From NCBI GenBank assembly GCA_905178155.1, contig CAJINV010000026.1:116091-130177 (forward strand): a stretch of DNA of 14,087 bases. Reading direction: 5' to 3'. Made by a program: the position numbers and the translations under genes. This document shows, piece after piece, positions 1-10,406 of this stretch (position 1 is the first letter of the stretch; each line of letters opens with the position of its first letter). The notes below the pieces were generated by a model. The model had not been told where the DNA came from, ran no database searches, and worked only from the letters and a program-made list of their open reading frames with translations. This DNA comes from Amoebophrya sp. A120 (Eukaryota > Protista > Dinoflagellata).

Positions 1-3000
1 CAAGATTGATCATAGCCCCCAGGATTGAAAAGAAAAAGCAGCACTTTTGCGAAAAAATTGCACCCCGAGCCGAAATCCCCAAAACCCCAGAAGCCAGATT
101 CCCAGGGTGATTCGTGACGCGCAAGAATTTTGGCTTCAGAAATTATCCGGCAAACCCAGAAAGCGTCTTTTTGGGCAAGATTGATCATAGCCTCCAGGAT
201 TCAAAAGAAAAAGTCGCGCTTTTGCGAAAAAATTGCAATCCCAGCCGAAAACCCCAAGACCCTCAGAAGCAAGATTCCCGGGGTGATTGGTGAAGCGCAA
301 GACTTTTGGCTTCAGAAGTTATTCTGCAAAAGCTAGAAAGCGGCTTTTTGGAAAAGATTGATCATAGCCTCCAGGATTGAAAAGAAAAAACAGCACTTTT
401 GCGAAAAAATTGCACCTCGAGCCGAAAACCCCGAGAACATCAGAGGCAAGAGTCCCGGGGTGATTCTTGGCGCGCAAGACTTTTGGCTTCAGAAATTTTC
501 CTGCAAAACCAGAAAGCGTCTTTTTGGGAAAGATTGATCATAGCCTCCACGATTGAAAAGAAAAAGTCACGCTTTTGCGGAAAATTGCAACCCCAGCCGA
601 AAACCCACAGAAACTAAAAAGCAAGATTCCCGGGGTGATTGGTGACGCGCAAGACTTTTGGCTTCTGAAATTTTCCTAAAAAGCCAGAAAACACGTCTTT
701 GAGAAAGATTGATCATAGCCTCCAGGATTGAAAAGAAAAAACGCCACTTTTGCAAAAAGAATTGCACCTCGAGCCGAAAACCCCAGAACCTCAGAAGCCA
801 GATTCCCGGGGTGATTGGTGACGCGCAAGACTTTTGGCTTCAGAAATTCTCCTAAAAAGCCAGAAAGCTCGTTTTTGAGCAAGATTGATTATAGCCTCCA
901 GGATTGAAAAGAAAAAGTCACACTTTTGCGGAAAATTGCAACCCCAGCCGAAAGCACACAGAAACTAAGAAGCCAGATTCCCGGGGTGATTCTTGGCACG
1001 CAACACTTTTGGCTTCAGAAATTCTCCTAAAAAGCCAAAAAGCTCGCTTTTCAGCAAGATTGATCATAGCCCCCAGGATTGAAAAGAAAAAGCAGCACTT
1101 TTGCGAAAAAATTGCACCCCGAGCCGAAATCCCCAAAACCCCAGAAGCCAGATTCCCAGGGTGATTCGTGACGCGCAAGAATTTTGGCTTCAGAAATTAT
1201 CCGGCAAACCCAGAAAGCGTCTTTTTGGGCAAGATTGATCATAGCCTCCAGGATTCAAAAGAAAAAGTCGCGCTTTTGCGAAAAAATTGCAATCCCAGCC
1301 GAAAACCCCAAGACCCTCAGAAGCAAGATTCCCGGGGTGATTGGTGAAGCGCAAGACTTTTGGCTTCAGAAGTTATTCTGCAAAAGCTAGAAAGCGGCTT
1401 TTTGGAAAAGATTGATCATAGCCTCCAGGATTGAAAAGAAAAAACAGCACTTTTGCGAAAAAATTGCACCTCGAGCCGAAAACCCCGAGAACATCAGAGG
1501 CAAGAGTCCCGGGGTGATTCTTGGCGCGCAAGACTTTTGGCTTCAGAAATTTTCCTGCAAAACCAGAAAGCGTCTTTTTGGGAAAGATTGATCATAGCCT
1601 CCACGATTGAAAAGAAAAAGTCACGCTTTTGCGGAAAATTGCAACCCCAGCCGAAAACCCACAGAAACTAAAAAGCAAGATTCCCGGGGTGATTGGTGAC
1701 GCGCAAGACTTTTGGCTTCTGAAATTTTCCTAAAAAGCCAGAAAACACGTCTTTGAGAAAGATTGATCATAGCCTCCAGGATTGAAAAGAAAAAACGCCA
1801 CTTTTGCAAAAAGAATTGCACCTCGAGCCGAAAACCCCAGAACCTCAGAAGCCAGATTCCCGGGGTGATTGGTGACGCGCAAGACTTTTGGCTTCAGAAA
1901 TTCTCCTAAAAAGCCAGAAAGCTCGTTTTTGAGCAAGATTGATTATAGCCTCCAGGATTGAAAAGAAAAAGTCACACTTTTGCGGAAAATTGCAACCCCA
2001 GCCGAAAGCACACAGAAACTAAGAAGCCAGATTCCCGGGGTGATTCTTGGCACGCAACACTTTTGGCTTCAGAAATTCTCCTAAAAAGCCAAAAAGCTCG
2101 CTTTTCAGCAAGATTGATCATAGCCCCCAGGATTGAAAAGAAAAAGCAGCACTTTTGCGAAAAAATTGCACCCCGAGCCGAAATCCCCAAAACCCCAGAA
2201 GCCAGATTCCCAGGGTGATTCGTGACGCGCAAGAATTTTGGCTTCAGAAATTATCCGGCAAACCCAGAAAGCGTCTTTTTGGGCAAGATTGATCATAGCC
2301 TCCAGGATTCAAAAGAAAAAGTCGCGCTTTTGCGAAAAAATTGCAATCCCAGCCGAAAACCCCAAGACCCTCAGAAGCAAGATTCCCGGGGTGATTGGTG
2401 AAGCGCAAGACTTTTGGCTTCAGAAGTTATTCTGCAAAAGCTAGAAAGCGGCTTTTTGGAAAAGATTGATCATAGCCTCCAGGATTGAAAAGAAAAAACA
2501 GCACTTTTGCGAAAAAATTGCACCTCGAGCCGAAAACCCCGAGAACATCAGAGGCAAGAGTCCCGGGGTGATTCTTGGCGCGCAAGACTTTTGGCTTCAG
2601 AAATTTTCCTGCAAAACCAGAAAGCGTCTTTTTGGGAAAGATTGATCATAGCCTCCACGATTGAAAAGAAAAAGTCACGCTTTTGCGGAAAATTGCAACC
2701 CCAGCCGAAAACCCACAGAAACTAAAAAGCAAGATTCCCGGGGTGATTGGTGACGCGCAAGACTTTTGGCTTCTGAAATTTTCCTAAAAAGCCAGAAAAC
2801 ACGTCTTTGAGAAAGATTGATCATAGCCTCCAGGATTGAAAAGAAAAAACGCCACTTTTGCAAAAAGAATTGCACCTCGAGCCGAAAACCCCAGAACCTC
2901 AGAAGCCAGATTCCCGGGGTGATTGGTGACGCGCAAGACTTTTGGCTTCAGAAATTCTCCTAAAAAGCCAGAAAGCTCGTTTTTGAGCAAGATTGATTAT

Positions 3001-5019
3001 AGCCTCCAGGATTGAAAAGAAAAAGTCACACTTTTGCGGAAAATTGCAACCCCAGCCGAAAGCACACAGAAACTAAGAAGCCAGATTCCCGGGGTGATTC
3101 TTGGCACGCAACACTTTTGGCTTCAGAAATTCTCCTAAAAAGCCAAAAAGCTCGCTTTTCAGCAAGATTGATCATAGCCCCCAGGATTGAAAAGAAAAAG
3201 CAGCACTTTTGCGAAAAAATTGCACCCCGAGCCGAAATCCCCAAAACCCCAGAAGCCAGATTCCCAGGGTGATTCGTGACGCGCAAGAATTTTGGCTTCA
3301 GAAATTATCCGGCAAACCCAGAAAGCGTCTTTTTGGGCAAGATTGATCATAGCCTCCAGGATTCAAAAGAAAAAGTCGCGCTTTTGCGAAAAAATTGCAA
3401 TCCCAGCCGAAAACCCCAAGACCCTCAGAAGCAAGATTCCCGGGGTGATTGGTGAAGCGCAAGACTTTTGGCTTCAGAAGTTATTCTGCAAAAGCTAGAA
3501 AGCGGCTTTTTGGAAAAGATTGATCATAGCCTCCAGGATTGAAAAGAAAAAACAGCACTTTTGCGAAAAAATTGCACCTCGAGCCGAAAACCCCGAGAAC
3601 ATCAGAGGCAAGAGTCCCGGGGTGATTCTTGGCGCGCAAGACTTTTGGCTTCAGAAATTTTCCTGCAAAACCAGAAAGCGTCTTTTTGGGAAAGATTGAT
3701 CATAGCCTCCACGATTGAAAAGAAAAAGTCACGCTTTTGCGGAAAATTGCAACCCCAGCCGAAAACCCACAGAAACTAAAAAGCAAGATTCCCGGGGTGA
3801 TTGGTGACGCGCAAGACTTTTGGCTTCTGAAATTTTCCTAAAAAGCCAGAAAACACGTCTTTGAGAAAGATTGATCATAGCCTCCAGGATTGAAAAGAAA
3901 AAACGCCACTTTTGCAAAAAGAATTGCACCTCGAGCCGAAAACCCCAGAACCTCAGAAGCCAGATTCCCGGGGTGATTGGTGACGCGCAAGACTTTTGGC
4001 TTCAGAAATTCTCCTAAAAAGCCAGAAAGCTCGTTTTTGAGCAAGATTGATTATAGCCTCCAGGATTGAAAAGAAAAAGTCACACTTTTGCGGAAAATTG
4101 CAACCCCAGCCGAAAGCACACAGAAACTAAGAAGCCAGATTCCCGGGGTGATTCTTGGCACGCAACACTTTTGGCTTCAGAAATTCTCCTAAAAAGCCAA
4201 AAAGCTCGCTTTTCAGCAAGATTGATCATAGCCCCCAGGATTGAAAAGAAAAAGCAGCACTTTTGCGAAAAAATTGCACCCCGAGCCGAAATCCCCAAAA
4301 CCCCAGAAGCCAGATTCCCAGGGTGATTCGTGACGCGCAAGAGTTTTGGCTTCAGAAATTATCCGGCAAACCCAGAAAGCGGCTTTTTGGGCAAGATTGA
4401 TCATAGCCTCCAGGATCCAAAAGAAAAAGTCGCGCTTTTGCGAAAAAATTGCAATCCCAGCCGAAAACCCCAAGACCCTCAGAAGCAAGATCGCCGGGGT
4501 GATTGGTGACGCGCAAGACTTTTGGCTTCAGAAATTTCCCTGCAAAGCCAGAAAACGGTTTTTTGGACAAGATTGATCATAGCCTCCAGGATTGAAAAGG
4601 AAAAGCAGCACTTTTGCGAAAAATTTGCACTTCGAGCCGAAAACCCAGAGAACATCAGAAGCAAGAGTTCCGGGGTGATTGTTGGCGCGCAAGACTTTTG
4701 GCTTCAGAAATTTTCCTGCAAAACCAGAAAACGTCTTTTTGGGCAAGATTGATCATAGTCTCCAGGATTGAAAAAAAAAACACCACTTTTGCGGAAAATT
4801 GCAACCCCAGCCGAAAGCCCGCAGAAACTAAAAAGCAAGATCCCGGGGCGATTGTTGGCGCGCGAGACTTTTCGCTTCAGAAATTCTGTTGTAAAGCCAG
4901 AAAACACCTTTTTGAGAAAGATTGATCATAGCCTGCAGGATTGAAAAGGAAAAACAGCACTTTTGCGAAAAAAATTGCAACCCTAGCCGAAAACCTACAG
5001 AAACTAAAAAGCCAGATTC
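1..5019. repeat. Tandem satellite, 173-177 bp monomer, about 28.6 monomers, 1054-bp six-monomer higher-order repeat (HOR)
   Basis: The anchor (C/A/G)AAGATTGAT(C/T)ATAG starts at 1, 176, 353, 529, 704, 880, 1055 and so on. HOR copies are 1-1054, 1055-2108, 2109-3162 and 3163-4216, and the ORF track repeats identically every 1054 bp. Diverged monomers start at 4217, 4392, 4568, 4744 and 4917; the last is truncated after GCCAGATTC at 5019. The array runs off the left edge of the window. Confidence 0.98.
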
Positions 5020-5634
5020 AAGATCTCTTACAATTACTTCTACGAAACGGTGGTGTGTGTAAAAGCGTTATCCTACAGTCAAGCCTCTATTCGGTTTGCA
5101 ACTCGCTGATGGCGCACTAACATCGACGAACAACAAACAAACACGTGAACTCTGATTCCAGGTAGCAGGCGCGCATCGCGATACTGCCAAAAATGCTATC
5201 GGCGTTCTCATGTACATCAATGCCTGTCGTGTCTTCAAAATGTCTGATATTTGCAACATTATTCTTGCGGCGTGAAACAAGGAAATCGTACAAGCATAGA
5301 GTGCTTGGTGTAAACATAGATAGCGGAGGACAGGGATTTTTCAATTTATTCTGATATGTGTACTAGTGCAGTGTGTTTCTCATTGTCATCAATTATGAAT
5401 CAAAAGCTTTAGCCCAGAAGTTAATGTACAGGATGTGTAATCTACGCGATCTGATGAAGTTGACTTTTCGATAGTTCCATGCGGTTCTGATGATGTGGCT
5501 TCTCTCATCGATCTTGTAGCGCCAATCTTTTCAATATTTATGAATTGCTTTTGCTATATGAAATACTGGACACGAACAAAAAGATGTCATCGCCTGTAGT
5601 TGTTCTTCTCGCCATCCACGAATTGGCAGCCCCC

Positions 5635-6823
5635 CTACGCGTCCTCCGATTCCGCGAGGGGAGACATCTCGTCCTCCCGCTGCTGGTCTTTCGCACGCAG
5701 GTCCCGGACCCACTGGCCGTTCGCATGCATCACCTTCCTCCGGTTTTCGACGCGTTTTTCGTCTATGCCACCCTCAGCCACGACAGCATCAAATTAGTTT
5801 GGCAAGGTCGACCCTTTTCGTCATTATAATCATGCCAATGCTTTTTAGGTGCATGTGGTCAGGAATAAGATTATCACAGCCGTCGTTTGTGCTTCTGAAG
5901 ATTTTGTGCAATCTACATTGCTGAAGTTGGAACTGTCCTGTCCGAACGAATCATATCACACTCTTCCAGACGTATCCTGAGCAAAAACGCCCCCGCCCCA
6001 TAGTGAAGATGGGGATTTTGCAACACAAGCCTACGAGTTTTGCCCGTCACGCATGCGAAGTTGCAGTCCGTATTGCAGTGTGGGTTAGCAAGAAGGGCAG
6101 CCGCATCACAAATCCCTCTGCTCATCCTCTTATTTGCATCGTTGCTTAGACTTACAAATGCCAAATAAACACGATAAAAATAGAAAGAGGTCTCTGCTCG
6201 TGGGGATGCGCATTACAAATCTTCCGTCAAGTAACAGCAAAGCGGCATGACAACTATGGGGTGGTGACGTTTTTGCTCAGGATAAAACGCGGTTTGTGGT
6301 CACTGTGGGTCCGCAAGAAGGCACGTGGTGTATCCGGGTTCTCGTGCTCCAGCTGCTCCATGCAAGACCGGCCTCCTTCCGGAGTCAGCGGAGTCTTGGC
6401 GACCGGGCTGATCGCGGTCGAATTGGACGTGTTCGCCAGGATGTTGAGTGTTGTGTTCACGATACCCCCGAAGGCTGAGGGGACGTCCACGACCTCCGAC
6501 ACGTGCAGCATGAACACCAACATAGCGACCAGGAGGACCACCAAGGCTAGAACCTCCTCGCAAGTTGTGCCATCTATACGAAATTTCCGTTTTTTTACAT
6601 CTACAGTCAAGTGCTATGGCTGTGTCACGTGAGTGTGACTGGTAGAAGTACTTTGCATCACATCATCTAAAAGCCGGTCTCTCAGCCAAGATAAGGCGGC
6701 ATTGTATTCCGTCTTCTTCCCTAAGAACAATCGCAAATATGTACCTTGTTGTGTCTTCGGGAGTCGAATCCCACCCGGTATCTTCGTGTTTTTCACCTTA
6801 CGCTGGCCGCCAACATTGCCCAC
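5635..6823 (-). pseudogene. Degraded protein-coding region of unknown product, possibly with a transmembrane segment, interrupted by one introner-like element
   Basis: ORFs 6614-6823 and 6254-6610 share a frame separated by one TAG (6614-6616). Removing element 5973-6284 plus one direct repeat continues the frame (...HSDHKPR|LEECDMIRSD...) to a TAG at 5913. Shifted frames then read FQLQQCRLHKIFRSTNDG...TKRVDLAKLI and DAVVAEGGIDEKRVENRRKVMHANG...ESEDA* (TAG 5635-5637). Hydrophobic run VLALVVLLVAMLVFML. Confidence 0.5.
5973..6284. mobile_element. Introner-like MITE, family C (312 bp)
   Basis: Perfect 17-bp terminal inverted repeat TATCCTGAGCAAAAACG / CGTTTTTGCTCAGGATA; direct repeats AGACG (5968-5972) and AAACG (6285-6289); colinear with 10730-11015. 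Confidence 0.9.
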
Positions 6824-6945
6824 TATTCAGTGCAAATATGTCTGGGTCTGGAGAATTGCGAAAATTGTCACGCTTGTCAGACATGGCTGTAGAGGTTCAG
6901 GTTGTCACGCATGTCCACGAACAGATCTTCTCTCTTGTCATATGA
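6824..6945. mobile_element. Truncated introner-like MITE, family A (left end only)
   Basis: TATTCAGTGCAAATATGTCTGGGTCTGGAG matches the family A terminus and starts exactly where ORF 6614-6823 begins. No right inverted repeat found, so the end coordinate is approximate. Confidence 0.7.
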
Positions 6946-7011
6946 AATTATCCTAGATTCCCACATGTTTTTTACTATATTTCAGCAGCTCCTCCACCAG
7001 TGGCGAAGCCG

Positions 7012-7091
7012 AAATAGAGACTCTCCATCCCAAATAGAGATTCTCCATCTGGGATAGAGAATCTCTATCTGGGATAGAGATTCTCTATCTG
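7012..7091. repeat. Four 20-bp tandem units with palindromic core GATAGAGA(A/T)TCTCTATC
   Basis: AAATAGAGACTCTCCATCCC, AAATAGAGATTCTCCATCTG, GGATAGAGAATCTCTATCTG, GGATAGAGATTCTCTATCTG. Confidence 0.9.
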
Positions 7092-7099
7092 TGATGCTA

Positions 7100-7386
7100 G
7101 GTTGCCAGCCAGCAACCCAGGAGCCCTGGCTACCAGCCTGGCAGCCCAGGCTTTGCTAGCCTGCCAGCCTGCTGGCAACCCAGGCTTTGTTAGCCTGCCA
7201 GCCTGCTGGCACCCAGGCTTTGCTAGCCTGCCAGCCTGGCACCCAGGCTTTGCTAGCCTGCCAGCCTGGCACCCCGGCTTTGCTAGCCTGCCAGCCTGGC
7301 GCCAAGGCTTCGCTAGCCTGCAAAGCCTGGGCGCTAGTCTGCCAGCCTCTCAACCAAGGCTTCGCTAGCCTGCAAAGCCTGGGCGC
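7100..7386. repeat. 30-33 bp minisatellite (GCTAGCCTGCCAGCCTGGCACCCAGGCTTT)
   Basis: Several consecutive units at about 7145-7320, plus a duplicated CCAAGGCTTCGCTAGCCTGCAAAGCCTGGGCGC at 7302 and 7354. Confidence 0.9.
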
Positions 7387-7559
7387 AGCCCGGCCGTCTA
7401 GCGGCAGCCCGCACGATTATCTTCGCGACACACGCCCACACCAGCTAGGTGTGGCGCGCGATAACGTAGGAGCGCGCGGCGCTCCTCGAAAATCTTTGAT
7501 GGACCCACTTAGCGGCCTCCCACCCACGGCGCCAGACACGGCACGCGAGAACACCCACG

Positions 7560-9340
7560 CGCCTGCCCGAGAGGTGGCCCGCGCGCGCAGCGCGCGAATT
7601 TTTTTTTGGCCCCCACAACGTCGGTCCGCCGGCCGCCACCTAGGTGCGGCGCGCAGAAAAAGGGAGCCAGCACGAAAGAAAAAGCCCAGGCGGGCGGAGC
7701 GCGAGGAGTTTTTTTTTTCATTCCCGCAAACAACGCAGGGGGGTCGCGGCGCACGAAAAGGAGCGCGCGCCGCCTGCTCGAAAAAACGGACACCAGGCGC
7801 GCAACGCAGGAGAATTTATCCCATTCCATCGATCCAACCACGACGCATGGCTGCAGCCCGCGCGAGAGAATTTAACCCATCACCTCCGCACTCCGCGCGC
7901 GCGACCTCAATGCGCGAGAACTTCTTGTCAATCCCAGCAAACGCGCCACCATGTGTGGCGCGCGCAAAGGAGTGCGCGGCCGCGCGCCCAGTAGAAGAAA
8001 AAGCGCGCGCGCAGCGCGCACAAAGTTTGTAGCCCGACCCCACATCGCCACCAAGCGCGAAGCGCGGGCGACGAAAATACGCGACCGACCAAGGAAAAAG
8101 AAGCGCAAAAACTTTTCGCATTCGATTCTGCACCCATCGCTACCAGGCGCGCCACGCGGGCGCCGGGGGTGCGCGGCCGCCCAGAGAGAAAAATTCGCGC
8201 GCGCGCAGCACGCGAAATTTTTTTCGAATTCGGCCCCATTCCCATCGCCTGCCAAAAGGGACGCGCGGCGCTCGGGCGGCCGGGGTGCGCGGCCGCTCTG
8301 AGAAACAAATTCGCGCGCGCACAGCGCGCGAAATTTTTTGGAAGTCGATCCCACACCGCCACAACACACGGCGCGCGGGCGATCGGAGTGCCCGGCCGCT
8401 CAAAGGAAAAAACTCGCGCGCGCGCAGCGCGCGAAAATTTTTTGAATTCGCTTCCACATGCACCACCACCAAGCGCGGCGCGCGAAGAGGGCGACGGGGG
8501 TGCGCGACCGCTCAAAGAAAAAAACTCGGGCGCGCGCAGCGCGCGAAAATTTTTTGAATTCGATTCCGCATGGCCACCCCGCGCGGCGCACGGGCAACGG
8601 AAGCGCGCGGCCGCTCAAAGAAAAGAATTGGCGCGCGCGCAGCGCACGAAATTTTTTGGAATTCGATCCCACACCGCCACCAAACGCGACGCACGGGCGG
8701 TGGGAGTGCCCGGCCGCTCAAAGAAAAAAACTCGCGCGCGCGCAGCGCGCAAAAATTTTTTGAATTCACTTCCACACGCACCGCAGCAAAGCGCGACGCA
8801 CGGGGGGGCCGGCGGCGGGGGTGCGCGGCCGCTTAGAGAAAAAGCCCCGCGCGCGCGCAGCGCCCGAAAATTTTTTGAATTCGATTCCGCATGGCCACCA
8901 AGCGCGACGCGCGGGCAACGGGACTGCGCGGCCGCTCAGAGAAACAAAATCGCGCGCGCGCAGCGCGCAAAAATTTTTTGAATTCGATTCCGCATGGCCA
9001 CAAAGCGCGGCGCGCGGGCATGCAACGAGAGCGCGCGGCCGCTCAGAGAAGCAAACTCGCGCGCGCGCAGCGCACGAAAATTTTTTGAATTCGATCCCGC
9101 ATCGCTACAAAGCGCGGCGCGCTGGCAGCGGCGCCCATATTTATTTTTCGATCCCAGCACGCCACAAGATTGATGTGGTGCGCGGGCCGGCGAAAAGAGG
9201 CGCCCGGCTGCTCACAAGAAAAAGCCCCCGCGACGCAGCGCGCACAAATTTTTTTCATTTCCGCCACGCCGCCAGATGCCGCGCATCGGCGAGCAAGAAC
9301 GTCTGGCCGCCCAAAAAGAAGCCCGCGCGCGCACAGTGTG
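7560..9340. repeat. Degenerate GC-rich tandem repeat with a ~102-116 bp unit (A-tract, (CG)n, T-tract, GAATTC)
   Basis: The anchor CGCGCGCGCAGCGCGCGAAAATTTTTTGAATTCG or a close variant recurs at about 8197, 8313, 8415, 8527, 8631, 8733, 8848, 8951 and 9058, with more diverged units on both sides. Confidence 0.88.
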
Positions 9341-10249
9341 CGCAATATTCTCTATTTCCCCTACGCCGGCCGCCAGGTCGGTGCGGAGTTATTCTTTCTT
9401 TCCCCGCAACTGACGGCGGGCAAATAAAGAATGAAAAAGCTGAACCCCCGGAGGCCGAAACATGCACAGGAACTTTTTTCCCCGTCCATGGGCACGGAAC
9501 AAAAAAAGCACTTTGAAAAAGTCAAGCGAGAGCGGCCTTTTGCGCCAGAGGAAGGTCAGCAGCTTTTCTTTGCGCCAGGCGAAGGCGAAGAGCAGACGCA
9601 ACCGAAGACAAAGCGGGAGCCGATAGATTCGACGCGGGAGATTCTCTATACGGAGAATCTCTATTGGGGCGTTGGAGAATTTCTATTGGATTTTTTTTTT
9701 ATAGACATTTTCTCTCATTTTGAAAAAAAAAATCTTCCCAGCCTGCGGGCTGTACTCGATATTTCCAATTTTCTTTATCAGCGCATTTCCGGTGATGGTC
9801 AGTCATAACAATGTGTCAGTCTGTTCGAGTTCATCGACTCGGTGGGAGTATCTCATATGTGTCTTCTTGCCTAAAATAAATACGGCATTACCTTTGGCGG
9901 TCTTTTGCAAAAAAAAAACTCAAAGTTGCTTCTTTTGATACGGACAAGTGGCTTCTTCTTCTTTAGGAAAGTTAAAGACTTATTTACCATCAGTGGCCTT
10001 CTACCCTGAAGTACTAGTTCCAGCGTGGATCTATCTTTATCTCAAAGTGTTCTTTTACAGACCTAATGTGCACCAGCGCAAAACCAAAATTGTGTCAAAG
10101 TGGAGGTGAACAAAATGTACATTCCTCTTCCTCTCATGATATGGAGAAGATCAAATAAAGTTGTGTCGGAGCATCATTCCAGCATCTCTGTATCATCTGC
10201 CAACTCGTAGGCAAGCCCGTCGCGCAGCTTATTGTGAAACTTCCCCGTC

Positions 10250-10397
10250 TATGAACTGCAAAAGTTAAAGTATCGCACTCGTATAAATGCATTTCGTCCG
10301 CCTGAAAAATAAAATTTGTACTGCGGATTTACGATAAGAAAAAAATTTGCAATGCAAGACTTGCATGTATACGAGTGCCATACTTTTGCAGTGGATA
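10250..10397. mobile_element. Introner-like MITE IE11, family B (148 bp)
   Basis: Ends TATGAACTGCAAAAGT...CACTCGTATA and TATACGAGTGCCATACTTTTGCAGTGGATA; perfect direct repeat CCGTC/CCGTC. Confidence 0.9.
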
Positions 10398-10406
10398 CCG
10401 TCCCGC

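Larger units (their letters stand above)
6998..9690. mobile_element. Putative non-autonomous transposon-like or repeat-rich insertion with inverted subterminal repeats
   Basis: Begins CAGTGGCGAAGCC, which resembles hAT-type termini, followed by four 20-bp units. AATAGAGATTCTCC (7033-7046) recurs as its exact reverse complement GGAGAATCTCTATT (9652-9665), with variants at 9637 and 9673. No matching right terminus or target-site duplication found. Confidence 0.4.

Noticed and set aside
130-4925. Dozens of 60-100 aa ORFs on both strands
   Set aside because: They recur with the 1054-bp period and are translations of satellite DNA.
5068-5344. Short minus-strand ORFs next to the satellite
   Set aside because: No recognisable domain and surrounded by stops; cannot be supported as a gene, although a relic is not excluded.
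7102-9516. Long overlapping ORFs up to 281 aa
   Set aside because: Arg/Ala-rich, open in many frames on both strands, and explained by stop-poor GC-rich tandem repeats.
9431-9808. 125-aa plus-strand ORF
   Set aside because: Runs through subterminal repeats and homopolymer tracts, with no recognisable motif.
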